Positions 41,801-56,800 of a stretch of 64,000 bases of DNA are shown one piece after another (position 1 is the first letter of the stretch; every line of letters starts with the position of its first letter). Origin of the DNA: Tubiluchus corallicola (Eukaryota > Animalia > Priapulida); the NCBI GenBank assembly GCA_030141605.1, contig JAQGDQ010000308.1, forward strand, positions 62,001 through 126,000. Direction: 5' to 3'. The position numbers were made by a program, and so were the translations under genes. The notes under the pieces are model-generated. The model was not told where the DNA came from. It saw only the letters and a list, made by a program, of their open reading frames with translations, and made no database searches.

Positions 41801-44800
41801 TGCTAAGAGAATAGCAGGCAAGAAGGTCAGAAAGTGTATATCTATTTAAAAGTTCTTTAAATTTCAAGAACTGTTTCTCTCTTTTCAATAGTTTTTCGGT
41901 ATTTAGTTGGTTAAGCCAGAAGCCTTATAGCTCAGTGTAAATCAAAATTCTAAGCGACATACAAGTTTTACCCTATTTTGTCATTTTTTATTTATAGCCG
42001 CCTGCATCATAGACTGTATGAAAGCAATACAAAAAAGGGTGAAAAATACAGGGCAATGCCAGGACTGGAATCCACATCTTATGTATTCTGGTAACAGTTA
42101 TACTGCAAAAATCACCACTCCTTCTGACTCAAAAATTTACAGCACAGAAAAGTCTGTCAAAAGGAATCACAGCACGTAACAGGCTCCCTCATTTATAAGA
42201 TCAAATGAAAGTCTACTACCGCACTATTGCATGTGTATAGAAGAAAAACGTCTAAAATGTGCTTTTATGCAATGTTTCAATTCTCTTCTTTGTAGATGAA
42301 GTTATGTGAAAAAGACATTTCAATTTCAACCTTTATTTTTTTAAAAGGAATTAGTATGCTGTGTTAATATGTTTCCCTAGTGCAGGAGAAATCAGCGAAG
42401 ATGAAAGTGATAAGATGAAAGCTACCGATAAACAAATAAAGAATAAACAACATTGAGTTCAGCAAAATACTAAGTCGAACATCTTTGATCTGCAAGCCAT
42501 TTATTATTAACACTAGCAGATGCAGGTATTTGTTACAGTAATGCAAATAGCTGGCTTTGAAGCTTTTTTGTATAAAAAGCTGGTGCCTGAACAAGGATAA
42601 TGTAATGACATCTTCAAAACACAATGAAAATTCTTTTGACAGTGCAAGCTGCAATGACATGAAACAAATAGCTAAACAGTTAAAACATTATCCCAGAAAA
42701 TGTACTTTATGATACTGTTGTGACATTTTCTTTAAACACTTTCTGAACCGAAGTGAGCAAACATAATACAATTCTGTGAATAATTTTTAACATTTCAGAC
42801 ATGTATTGGCTAATTCAGACAAACATCTGTATAATACTTTTATTAAAAACTCTAAAAACGTTTTTTAACAATTAAACCAAGCACTAACTAATTAAAAAGG
42901 AAAACTAAGTTCAAAAACAAAAGGAAGGAGCATTTACATTCTAACATTAAAAAACTTCCAATTAACGAATACTCACAAACACAAAGCTTTATTACGGCTT
43001 GTTAAATGAAGATTTCAAAAGCATTATTCATCTCTGGAAAACCTTTTGAAGACAAATCACAAAATTACACTGCCTTGCGGTTAAGCAGTAATAAAATAAT
43101 AGTAAAATAAAAAGGCGAAATCCCAAAATAGTAATTATAGGGCATAGCTGAGTTGTCGTTGTGTGCAACCAAGCAATGGCAGACCTGGATAGTGATAGGA
43201 CAGGTGACTGCTGAAAATGCTGCTTCTGAGTGGTATCAATGGCCACACTACAGCCATGCTATTTTTCTCATTGAGGCAGGATGTATGCACATCCAAACTA
43301 CTGCCTGTTTCATGACTTTTTTACAATGTTCTACCACAATCATTCAAAATTAAATTTATGAACTGTGCAATAAAGTATTCAGTCAATACTTGTCTTAGTA
43401 AATTGCATGCCTGTTCAAACTGCCAGCTGTACCAGCTAACAAAGTTATTAAACAACTACATTAACAATTAGCGCTGACTGCAGTGCTACACAAATGTGTT
43501 TAGATTTCAACATTTTTTGTTTTGATGTTATAGTTAGACACTCAGCTTACTCTATTTGCTGAGCTACAAAACTTCTATGTGAAATACATTTTGAATTCAG
43601 ACATCTATTTTCAGTCTAAAATTTTAAACACACTCGAAAAGAACTACATATTTGACATTCGTTTAGGCTCTTTAGCTATAGATATCTGAAACTAGACCGC
43701 AGAGTTAAAATGATACATGTCTACAAAATGAATTATTTTATAGTTGCAATTGTAGTCAATTAATGATTGTAATTTTAGATGTTCTTTGTAATTATAACTG
43801 TAAATGTTTTTTGTAATTGTGTGTGTATTTTTATGTAACAATTTATGATCCCGCTGTCGAAATAAAAAAACCTAATGTAATGTAATGTAATATTAACAAT
43901 GGTCGTTTTAAAATGCAATGCAACAGCTGTGCCCACAATGATTACTGTAGAGAGTTCAGTAATTTTCAAGTTAATATCCATTTGATGGGGGGGATAAATG
44001 CTACAGTTGCAACGCCTTTCAACCTTAGCTCTTCTGGAAGAACTCCCAGAAAAGTAACTCCATATATTTAAGAAAGATTTGGTTTCAAAACCTAACAGGA
44101 ACTAATAAGCTAAACGTCTAATACTCCTCTACGGGCACGAAAGTCCTGATTAGGGTTGATGAAGTGCTCGTATTTGAAATATAACTAGATCTTTCATTGA
44201 ACTATCACTTGGCTTGAATAGGATAGGAAAAAGTAAGACTGAGCGAATTTCTGCCAGTCCATAAATTTGATTTAACATAAGAGTACATATAAAAGTGTAC
44301 ATCTGAGTACTTTACCAGCATGCTACACAATTTAATTAGGAAACACAGGATACATTTGTACTTACCTCTATATTAAATTTGGTGGTAAATTCAAAGTCTA
44401 TGTACATTTGCTGTAATAATACCAGCATTTCTGCATCCTCCCATTGCCAGTTGTCAAACGTGGGCTTCCGTAAATGAGCCTTCACATCTTCAGATATGGC
44501 CACGTATCTGAAATTCGACAAATTTGTGTTAGGTATTTAAAACAAACCACAGTGTCACGCAAACAGGATTAGAATGAACAACCTGTGTGGCTCTATATTT
44601 CATGAAAAAGTGCCTTTGCAATAGCATTTTTTATTTTGAGGCACTCAAAAACATAAAAAAGTGCACTCCATATTTGAATATTGAGAATGATAGATCTGCA
44701 ACTGCTAAAATTTCTACTTGAAATTACTAGTCATAAAATAACGTATACACAACATAATTTGAAGACAGTAATGCAATTTACTACAAACATTTTCTGCATT

Positions 44801-47800
44801 ACTAACCTCCAGAGAATAACACTAATAACAGGTTGTAGAGCATTCATTAATTTTTAAACCTTCACTCATATGAAAGCTCTAATAAAGTCAAATAAATGCC
44901 AATTGGTAGTAAAAGTGCTTCTCCATTGCAAAAATTAACATTTATTGCAAGATAGCCATTCGTTATACGACAGCCTATTCTTTGTTCAATAAAACAATCT
45001 AAGGTTTTGTGACACAAAATTATTAAGCAAGGACACAAAAAACACAAAACACCTAAGAAAGGAACCGTAGCAGTATGACTTCAGAAGAAACATTTGGCAA
45101 GATTACAATTTTTGATAATTACGTTTTATCAGCGCTTAACTGGACATGGCCTTGATTTACTGCTGGAATATTTCATGAGTGTAGCTTAACAAATGGTATC
45201 TTTAATGTTGAAAAAAACACAGGCAGATGAAAGAACTCTTGGTACAGTGCAGTATGTATGGGGAGGATTTACCATAAATGTGAAGAATTTGAAAAAGAAC
45301 TCAGCACTGACAGAGAAAATATGAAGGAGAAAGTTCTTTGCCCTAACAGAAGCCAATATGTCTGAACGATATGTTAAGAAGGGTTAGGTGATTTAATAGA
45401 CATTCTACCAATTTAAAAGTTCACTGATTTCTCCCATCATCGGGATCATCAATTAACCATTATGCCACTCATCATCAATTGATCACAGCTTGTAAGTTGA
45501 CATGTCTTTCTGTGATGCAGCTAAGATAAGCCATTCTAACAAGGACCGCTTTGAGACCATCAGATCTAGGCATGGATCTCTGAATTTGATGTATTGGGTC
45601 ATTGTATGATGGCACTAGGTTTGATTAGTCAGATATTAATTGCTGATGCTGATGACTATTGTAGTATGTCTTTAAATAGGCCACAGTTAAAATGATACCA
45701 GTGCATAGTTACGGAGTGGAACCTACACGAAACTGGCTATAATGTAGATTTTTATTAACAAATTAGTTACCGAAGCTTAAACTGTGAGAAGAATTATTTT
45801 GGCCACATTAAAATAATTCTTACATTCTAGAAGGTGGTACATACACTGTTCATGATTTTTTAACTTATTTGAAATGATTTCATTTTGATTCGGTGCGATT
45901 TTTATGTATACTAAGTTCGTAAAACCTCACATCATTGTTAGCAATGCCAGTAACTTTACTAACAGACAACATACATATATTGCAAGAAACTCTCCACTGC
46001 CTTAAAGTGAAAATAATGCAGTTACTAAACACTAAAACATCAAATGAAAATAGGTAATATGTTCACATTAACATTATTATATGTATATGGTAAAATGGGC
46101 TAATGTCGTATTGGACAATGAGCTTCAGATTTTTACAAAAACAAAAAAATAATAGCAAACACACTAAAAGAGACTGTTTTTTCTTTTTCTTTGTTAGTAA
46201 ATGAGAGGAAAAACGGTGTCTACACAACTTTGTTATTTTTGGGAAAGCCTCGTTGCCCAACATTAGTCAGAGTACCACAGTAGTCCATTTTACAATATCT
46301 AACTACCAAACAATAAGAGACAAAACAATAACAATAATCAGAATTTCATCCATCAGTGGCAATGGTTAGTACCAACTATAGGTTTTACACGTCAAATGTA
46401 GACACAGGAAAGTTCAAATGTGACTTAGTTAAGTCAAATGTAGACATAGAAATTTCGAATGTGTTTTGGTAACTCAAATGTGACTTAGGTAAGTCAAATG
46501 TAGATGTGGTACTTTGAATAAATCAGTAATTAACTCATTTAAGTGCAAATTACAAAAAGATAAAACCAAATTAAAATTATATTTTATGGTCATAGTGCTA
46601 TCGGCAGCATCAATTTTTATTATATTTAATTAACTTGTAACTACAATGGACGTTAATACATTTTTCAAATATAAAGAAAATGCTTATTTTGATAAGAACA
46701 CTTAAAAGTGTTGTACATAAATAAGTTAACAATTATATAATTATTAATATATACACCAATTCTACATGTTATTTGTCAACGTTTTACAAAAAATGTCGGC
46801 AGAAAAGAATAAATCTGTTCCCACTTCCCAATGAACAGTGATTAGTTTTTTAAGTAACACATTAGCACTGCATTAATGGATTAGTTTTTCTCAAGAAACA
46901 TTGTTTATTTTAAGAATGTATTGTTTTCTCTAACAGTTCCAATGGTATGTAAAGTTTGCAGAAAATTAGTGAACTATTAACGTTGTTATTTTAACTTAAG
47001 AGAAATTATTAAATTGAAATTAAAGAAGATTAAATTTAACATCCTTAAACTTTAACACCTATCCACATTTGAGATACTTATGTCACATTTGTCTTGACAA
47101 GTGTCTACATTTGATTTACCAAAAGCTCTTAAGATTTGTTGAAAACATTGTTAACACATTTGAACTACCTAAGTCTACATTTGAGTTACCAAGACACATT
47201 TGAATTATCTAAATTTACATTAGACTTAACGTAGGTCTACATTTGACATGTAAAACCTATAGTAAATGCCTTTGTTGCAAGAAAGTGTTACTATGGAAGG
47301 TGTTATGAGATGTATGTGAACAAAAACTCCATTTGTGTCATAGTTTATTTTTATGAATAACCAGTGTACCAACGTCAGCAAATCAATAAGCCACAAATGC
47401 CCAAAACCCTTAACAAATTATCTCCCAGGAGTACAAATTATTTTCAAAATGCCGATAATAATGAGAAAAAAATCGCTTCGAAGTTGGAATTTTCAAGTCC
47501 AACTCTTTCATTTGACAGCATGAAATGACTTTGTGAAATCCAAAAAGATGATTGCTGCATTAGAGAAATGAGCTCCCAAGCCACACGTTGTTCACTCTAA
47601 TAATCATCCGAGTTCAACCAGCAGTAAGTAATTTTGCTTGGTTTCTGACAAGCGTTAATTTGTTCTGACACATGAGATAAAGGACACTCCAGAAAATACG
47701 GAGAGCAATGAAGTGCTGACTGCTCAGGTTCTTCAATGCTAAAATGCCAACTGCTTATAATAATGTTGCAATGAAGACAGTATAAAACTAAATTCCTGAT

Positions 47801-50800
47801 TACGCCAGCATATGCGACAGCGTCTGCTAGAAACGTACAATACGAGTGCCAAACACAGCATCACAAAACACAAGTTACGCTGCATAATCAAATCTAGTCT
47901 AACCCAAGCAAAAGCAGCAGTATAAGATGTAATAAGTGCAAGTGCAACACAATTTGATGCAAAACTACACAAAGCAAGACTTGAACAGAATGGAACACAA
48001 TGCAATGCAGTGCAACACAATGGAACATAACACAACACAACACAAGACAACACAACAAAATTAGACTAGCAAATCTCAAAAGTTCGGACACGAATAGTTA
48101 ACAAGAATTGTATTGAAAAACATGATTGTAATGTATGTAACCCCTGCAGGTCGAACTTTCTGTTGAACTTTGCAGGTTTGAGTAAGTTAACAAGAACTGT
48201 ATTGATAAACATGTAACATTAAGAATGTTTTCCATTAAACAGTTTATTTACATATGTGTCATGTGAAAATAAAATTTTACTACTACTACCACTACCACTA
48301 CTACTACTACACGACTTTTTGTTTTATTTTTTAAATCTATTAATTTAGCTCTGCTACGCAGCAGGGCAGTAATCTCGTCTGATTACAAAACCTTGAGAAA
48401 AACACTATAATGCTCTTGAGAGAAACAATCTTGTTATCAATCATATTTGAAAGGTGGATACAGACGGCTTTAAAATGCTCGCCAGCTCTGATGTGTTATT
48501 TAATGTTCTAAATGCAATTATTGTGCTGGCGCAGAGGGACGCATCTGGGAGGTAAATAAGATCAACCGTTTGTAAAGCTTTCCTTCTGCATCTCCTTAAT
48601 GGAGTAAGACGCAAGAATTTTGTATGCCTACATAACACATTCTATTGGAAATAGCAGTTTAGCTTTTAATATCAAGCTGCATTCTAGCAGCACTGACCTG
48701 TTGATAAACACTGTTTTATGTTCTGAAACAGTGAAAAAGGGCATATATGACACAGGAAAATGCTACATATGATCAGGAGTCAAATTAATCCTTACGCCAA
48801 CAATTAGCTCGCAAGCTAAGGTCCTTTCAGAATTCATATTACTTTAAAGATTTCATGATTTGCTCGCATAATTTTTATAAAAAAATAAATTGCATTATGT
48901 ACACTCTTGTCCATGATATGTTTTACTTGTTTTAATCCTTTTGCCCTCGTTTGTTGCTAGGATTCATAATCTTTATTAATGAAAATATTGCAAACATTGT
49001 AGAATTACATTTATGTAACTTTGTAGTTTTATACCAACTTAAAAACTTACAGATTATTATTATTATTATTATTAGTAGTAGTAGTAGTAGTAGTAGTATT
49101 TTTGCTTTCATATGGTCATACAAATACTGTAAATCTATAAATCTCTAAAGTACGGGCAATCGTAAAGGACCTTATGCTAACATTTGGCTTTGTTGTTTTT
49201 AGTTCTTGTATGTGTTCATATGATCAAAATAGACTATGTATAATCTATATATCTATAATCTAAAATCTATGTACTCATAATGCAGTTCTGTGTCCAGAAA
49301 CATTATTCCCTCTGGCCAATGTTGCGACTCCTGATTTCTCCTCAGAACTTAGATAAATAGATAAGATCAGACGAAACAATTTAAAATTTAATATATCTGC
49401 ATTCTTCATAGCGCTTCTCATTGGGCATGAACGTGCATATATTAATTGTGTGCCTTATGATGCATATTTGATCCCAGATGCAATTTTTATTTGATCTCCA
49501 AACGAAACCTGCATACAAGTGAAGCCGTTTCTAGGCAATCATTTATGATAAAATTTCTGTGTTCATCAACACTGTCCCTGGAGACACATAAACAAGTCAC
49601 AACAAGCTGATTTCAATTCAATTCACCTTCAAACATTTCTACTAGATGAATCTTCATTTCAGACAAGAAAGAAAGTACAACACAAAACCGAGCAGATGAT
49701 GAAAAATCAGAGTTCACACTTGCAAAAATTAAATGAAAATACACCGTGAAAAAATAGATAGAATGGAATCATTTTCACACAACACTGCGCCTCATTTTCT
49801 TCGTTATTTAATTGGTAAATTATCGTTTATATACTCGCTGAATACATAATGGGTTTATAAAACAAATTTAAAATAATAAATTTAGCACAAAAAATCAATA
49901 TTTAACTGTGATAATCCCAAATTGGTAAATCTGCCTCTTCATTCAGCCAGTCTTTAGGAAGCTGAAGTAATTTCGTTCTCATTATAAACTTGTTCGCCCT
50001 TTTATTTCAATAAGCATCTTCTTTACTCATACGCATAGGGACACTTTTGTTTATTATTCTGCTAGACTACTTCATCCTTATCAGAGAGGTCCTCACTAGC
50101 GAATTACGTCATATAAATTAATTATTTTAAAATTAATTTTATGCCGCACCCTAGCTAATTTGCAACATAAACTTGTTAATCAGTCAGGAACTTTGCATCA
50201 CCAGTATTGAAATTTGAACAGAATGGGCTACTAATGGAGCATTAAGGTTAATGAAAGGCGAGTATAAAATAAAGTTTCATTATAATAACACATAAATTAT
50301 AAATACATGAGATAATTACCTGCACAGGTGGAAGGAAAATAGACCCACTGGTAATTCATGACTCTACTGCAAACTAATTAACTTGACAATATATTGCATA
50401 ACTGAAAACTGTAAAATGTTTCTAATTGGCATTTATTGCTTGATATTAAATCCAGCAAAACACCTGGAACCAGTTGGTGAAAAGTTTTTACATGGTGCGA
50501 CCACCTAGTTTCCTAGTCATATTTTGTGTTTCACTGAATGAAAAACTACTGAACAACAACAACAACATAGTTGAAAAATGAAATTGTAGTATAGTGGTTT
50601 AAGGGTGTGCATGCAAAAAGAAAATGAAGGAAAATGTTCAATAAGTCTTTTTTCGCAATAATCAGTTCAGTAGTTTCTTTATATATCTATAGTTTCCCAG
50701 GCTCATGTTGGAAAGTAATTTTTATCATTTTTCTGTAATTTCTTGGTAATTTTGTGACAACTATATATACTGCTTTGCAAATAAAATTCATTCCAAAAGA

Positions 50801-53800
50801 CTGTTTTTGTTCTTGGTGATGTACAGCACAACTGTATGGTTACATGACTACACTATTGCAAGCTGTCAATCAACCAAATGAACTTCATTATGAAAGCTTA
50901 CTTTGCCGTGTTTTCCAGGTTGATTTGTGTCATTAATAAAAATCAAGAATTTTAATAGAAATAGTTTGCTTTAATTTTATGGTTAGTTGATGTCATAAGA
51001 GTTAATTGTTCTCTTGCTCAACTAACAGAATGCTATCAGATCTGGACAGAATTATTATTTATTTGTATCATTCCATATCATATATATATATATATATATA
51101 TATCGTTGCAAAGTCTGCAACGGAATTATTGAACTTGTAGTTGAAAGACCTTAAAGGTCACTTAGCAATCACGCCAATGAAATCATTGTTATAACTGCTC
51201 CAGTCAAGTGACACCAGCAGCTGCTGGTATGTGACTTTTTGATGACCACATATGTCATCAACTTAAAGATGCTTTATTAAGATGGCAACAGAATGAGGAT
51301 AAATGTAACCAAAACTAAGATCAACAAACTTGTGCTTCCTCTTCAAACATAAACATCGACGTAAATGACATCACCATTCACCATTCTGGGTACAAGATGA
51401 CCCAGAAAACTCTGTGGTATCAGAAAAGACAAACTCCTAGCATGGTATGAAAATCCCACACAACCATTCTCAAAGACATAAATACCTCGAAAAATGGAGG
51501 GCTTGGCTATTTACAAGTACAGCACTAGATTTTTACACTTTGCCACATTTAACATATTGTTTTGTCAACTAGAACAAAATGTCATAATAAACGTGACTTA
51601 AAAAGAACAATCACCCAACAAAATCGGTGTAGAAAAAATACTTTTAACAGTTAATGTACAAAAATGACTAAAGGACATCAACAAAATCACCAAAAGGTGC
51701 CACCAAAAACAGCTGAAAAGTACATAATAAAGTACATAGTTAATTATACTGCCAAATGTAAGGGATATTGTATTTCTTCATAAAATATTCAATCTGACGA
51801 GGTTGGCTAAGGCAAAGTAAAAATCAGACCACGTGTACTGACTACGATCAAAAGGGGTAAAAAATTGCACCTATGGTACATGGTCAGATTTGGTGTAAAT
51901 TTATAGGTGACATTACCCTGCAGAACACCAAACGGGATGAAAACCCAAACCTTTTGTACTATATCACATATTTACTTTGTTACACGCTCTTTGACTATTA
52001 CTTTGGTATTTTTGGTTTCAGCAAGTCAGTTGTAAACGCAGTTAAATGTTTCAAATTAGAAAAAAGAAGCTTTAAATGTCATTAACGGTTATTAAATGTC
52101 ATTAAATGACATTAGCCGGACTTAACAAACCAAATGGTTTATACTAAAGTGCAAACAGCCTTACAGCAAATTCTATGCAGAAATAGGTAATACTGAAAAG
52201 CTGTGAATACACTGAGACTTAAACCAGAGATCGATTGACTATGGTCACTTATTCTAGCCACCTAAGCTATGTACCCACATGGAGAAAGCAGGCCTGAATT
52301 TCAGCATCGTCTCTTTTTGCAACAAATCCTCTAAATGTTTCTTAATTCTTGCTAATCATAGTAAAAACATCTCTTTGAATGAATTAAGTAGTGCTTAACT
52401 GATTAATTATTTCAAATTTAAGTAAAATCCACGTCACATAACCCATTCAGTAGCCTATTCTGCCAAACGGGCTGTAAATCCTTCATGAATGGTTCATTTA
52501 AATTTGCTTCATTAAACAGCATGAAGAGTATTAAGCCTAGTGTCAACATGCTTGAGCTAAATATAATCTTTGGGTACATAGAGCTCAACAATAAAACCCT
52601 GGAAAAACAAGAATTTTCACTTCACATCTGTGAAAGGCAATAATGGTATGCAATCTAGCAACGACCGACTGCTGTGAATTCTTTGAAAAAATCTTTTGTG
52701 CAAAATGCAACATTACACAGTGATTGAATTTATATTCTCATTTCGCTTACACAACATCAAGCACTATTAAGGGTTTTAGCTTTGATTTACTTTTAAGAAG
52801 GGAACAACCATGACCAAGACACCATAATATTTTAGTGTAGAGCTGTAGAAAAATACGAAAGAAGGCGGTTGTTTCAATTTGATTCATCTTCTGTTTTAAA
52901 CAGATCATTTACTACATTTCACCAGCAAATCAGAGAGCGAGTGAACGCAGAATTTGATGACAATATGTGACATTTTCATAAAGCCATGCCCAGGCTTCAT
53001 TAAGGACCATCAGCAGCACTGTCCATTATGTTCCATGCACTTAACCAGCACATCAGCTTTAATGTAGTGTTAGCTATTAAATAAAGAGATGATAAGTGAC
53101 AATGATTTTGATGTGTATGGCATAATTTAATCGAATGCACTCTCTTAAGCACTCAAAACAAGTGAATTAAATAAAACTGGAAAGCCATAGTACAGGAAGC
53201 TTTCCATGTGAGAGGAATTTCTAGGATACTGGCTGGAGGATGTTTTAAAAATCTAATTTATCAAATAAACTTGGATAAACCTGACAAATCTAAAAAAATT
53301 CGATAGCTGATATACCTCATCTTTGCCTTAGTCTCAGCCACAGTACACAGTGTTTTTGTGTTACCAATTCAAAACATTTGGCTTCACAGCCTCACGAAGG
53401 ATTTTGAGGCCTTGTGGCCATTTTGGAAAAAAACATGAGTGAAGACAATGCCAACTCTTAATTTAAATAATGGAGAAATCTTGATTTAATTTGCGTAAGA
53501 TAATCTACAGGAAACACCATTTTAACTGTAAGGAAACTGCGACAATGGTGGTTTCAGGAAATGCTATTTAACCAATGTGTGACGCCATTAGTAAGAGGTT
53601 TCAAATTTAAAAATGCAGGCAGCTTTGCAGATTGTTCATTCAAGCGTCATACAATAATAGCTGTTAGCAATAGAAATGAGTATTATTTCCATGGCTTTCC
53701 ATGGCAAGCAAATACTGTTAGTTACAGGGGGCGCCAAGTTATTACCAAAGCATGGCTGACTAATTTCTGAAAAGGGTTATCAATATAAAAAGTAAAAAAT

Positions 53801-56800
53801 AACTTCCAATGCCAGATCAGGTTAGAATACATAGTCACATATTGGACTGATAGGGTAGGTCACTGTAACTCTGAAATTCACCTCACTAAGAGTAGATCAG
53901 CCAAACAAATCAAGGATTTGATATGCAGGAATGCAATAAAATAGTACGGGCAGGTAGTGGAGCAATCAATAATAATTAATCAATTTGTTGAGCTACGAAA
54001 AGCACATTTGGGCAAAAAGCACGATGCGTGGTCTCATATCAGGTATTATAAAATATTCTGATAAAAATAAACCACATTATGATTGTGAAAATATAAACCT
54101 AAAATAAACCATCAAAACAATCCTATAGTGAAACATGAAGGAAACAGTTTTTGGAATCCCAAATTACAAAAAATGAGCAACAGTAAGAGTGCCTAAAAAA
54201 GCCTGCATTACCAGAATTCTTTTTACTCGAGACTGAAGAATAGGGACAATATTATAGTTGTGGCGCTGAATTTGAAATTAAGACAAAAATTTCAGCTGAG
54301 AGGGTTAGTGTTCGTTAAACAAGTTCGGCTAGAATAAAACCCTGTAGTTCAAATTTACAGGGGTATCATAAATTTCAAGCAGCAAAAAGGGACAGACTTC
54401 AATCATATTACATTGGCTAATTTCATGGTTCAATCAGTTATTTGACGTTTTGGAAAAACCAATAAACACATTAGTTACACAGAAGTCAATTAATGCTCTA
54501 GTTAACGTGAAAGTGCAATCCATTGGAACATGGTGGACTCATGGAAAACGTAGACATGTCATAGGTTCATTGGCAATTGCCTGCCAAGGTGACCAGAGGC
54601 ACAAGAAAGTAGTTTAGATTAAACTTGTGATCGGAAATCACCGGATCTATATTGAGCAATTAAAAAGCATGTCTATTTGCTCACACACAGGCAGGCAATA
54701 TTTTACACGGCTAAATCTAAAGCTTTTCATCAAATTACTCTTCACTCTGCAAATGCACTTTTAGGATCGATGCAACAATAATTACAAGAAGTAAGGGTAA
54801 CAGATTTGTTAGCTTGATTAGTTTCAATGGTGAAACTTGATGATTAAACCAAAAGTGCATGTTATCTCTTCTAACATTCAGGAGAACAGCCAGTAAGCAA
54901 TATGTGTGGCAAGGATTATAACACAGACAAGCTATCGAAATTCAATATTGTGCACAAAATAAAATAATTATACAGTACTAATATGCTTTCTAGAGAATTT
55001 AATGACTGATATTACAAGAATTAAATTTAAGAAATGACATTTTAGTATTACTCGGTAAGTAAGAACAGGACAAATTTATTGACAAACATTTACTTCCTTC
55101 TCCCAGGACAATTCTTTATCAAGGAGATCTTCGTTCTAAAATTTTACTAGAGAATTTCTAGGAAATCAAAAAATTTGACAGTGCCTGTATCTCATTCTCC
55201 CATTTTTTTCAATTACGAATGGCAAATGGCTAGATGACAATTACTTTTACAAGTTACACATAAAGACTGACAGTTGTTTCACATCCATTGATGTTTGAAC
55301 AGCTTGAGAAATACAAAATGATCTTTGCTGTGTGTAAACACACTTTGTCGCCAGCCAGACAAGACACTTCAAATGTAAAGATGTTTAAAAGTTGTTGCTA
55401 CTGATGAAAAATAATAAATCTTATATAAAAGTAGGTCTTGTGGACTTGTAGAAAATGCAGGCAATACTCACGACATTTTTTGAAACTTTTCAAAAACTTT
55501 CTGATTATGTTCCATGCTTTTCCGGTGTGAGCTTTTCTTATCCCAGAACGTGTGTAACGTCGTCCCTGCCGATATGTCTTTGAAAAGTCCTAACCAGGAT
55601 AAGTGTTCAACGGACTGCAAAAAGAAATGGTTAGGATCAAATCATTTCGTAAATATATGAAAATCCTCAGCTATGATCACACATTAATTTCACTTAATTT
55701 TAGATATGGACACACCCACACACACATATAATGAGATTGCGAAAATTTATAGCAAGCTTTTTACATTAATACACTTCAACTTGATCACTGCAATGGAATA
55801 TTAGAGCTCAGTAGGTCAGAATATACATTAAGACTAAAGATATATGGGAGAAAAATGCCCCAACAGCCAATAAGCAAGAACTGCATTACTGAGATAAGCA
55901 GCTGTCAAAATGGTAGAGACCACAATGAATTATGAATAATGATTACCAAGTGATTGGTACTTGGCAAATAGGAAAGCAAAAATCTTTCAAAAAATGAATT
56001 ATAATATAAATTTAAAAATGATAATTAATTTCATGACTTTTATATACTTTGGCACACTGCAAGCTGGAATCCAGCACTTAATGCTAGGGCCTCCTCAACA
56101 AGATGTATGTGGCATGACTGGAACCTTGATGATTTACTATCATAAGCAACTGAACCGGCAAAGCTGTCTCAGTCACATTCGGGTGCACAGGGAGGTACAT
56201 AACATCTTACTAGGGGGTACAAAAACAATGTTTAATAGTACAAAACAATTTATTACATCAATGTTTTGTTTAAACAATTGTGACTCCATCATTCCTTCAA
56301 AATTTGATGTCTTGCACAGCTGAAATTGTGAGGAATATGATTGCAGCACTCGAGATTCTCTGACATGTTTTGCAGATGTTTTACAATCTGTTCAATACTA
56401 ATCAAAGCATTTCTTTTTATCACCTTAGCACACATTTTGTCTTTCGGGACAGCTCCATTGTGTTTGGCGGGGTTGAGGTCAAGCCATTCAATTCAATTGA
56501 AAAATAATCCCAGAGTTATCAGGTCACTGCTCATACCCTCAAGACTGCAGGCTATATGCAAGAGATGCGAGGCTTTCACACTAAACGTTGAGGGCCCGAG
56601 AGATTCACTAGTGTTTCAACAATCCTTTGGTGTAATAAACTGTTCTGTACTGCTACTTGTTGTGTCTGTACCCCCTCCCCCCAGCAGAAGGTTACCCTGT
56701 ATGAACATACTCTCACTACGATGTAAGAAGCAAAGGTTTATGAATAATACCACCAGGAATGAGCTAGTATAGAACACATGCCACTTGCACGAAAGTGCAA

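Noticed and set aside
55961-56772. 120-aa and 143-aa plus-strand ORFs
   Set aside because: Non-ATG starts, no domain signal, overlap decayed transposon fragments
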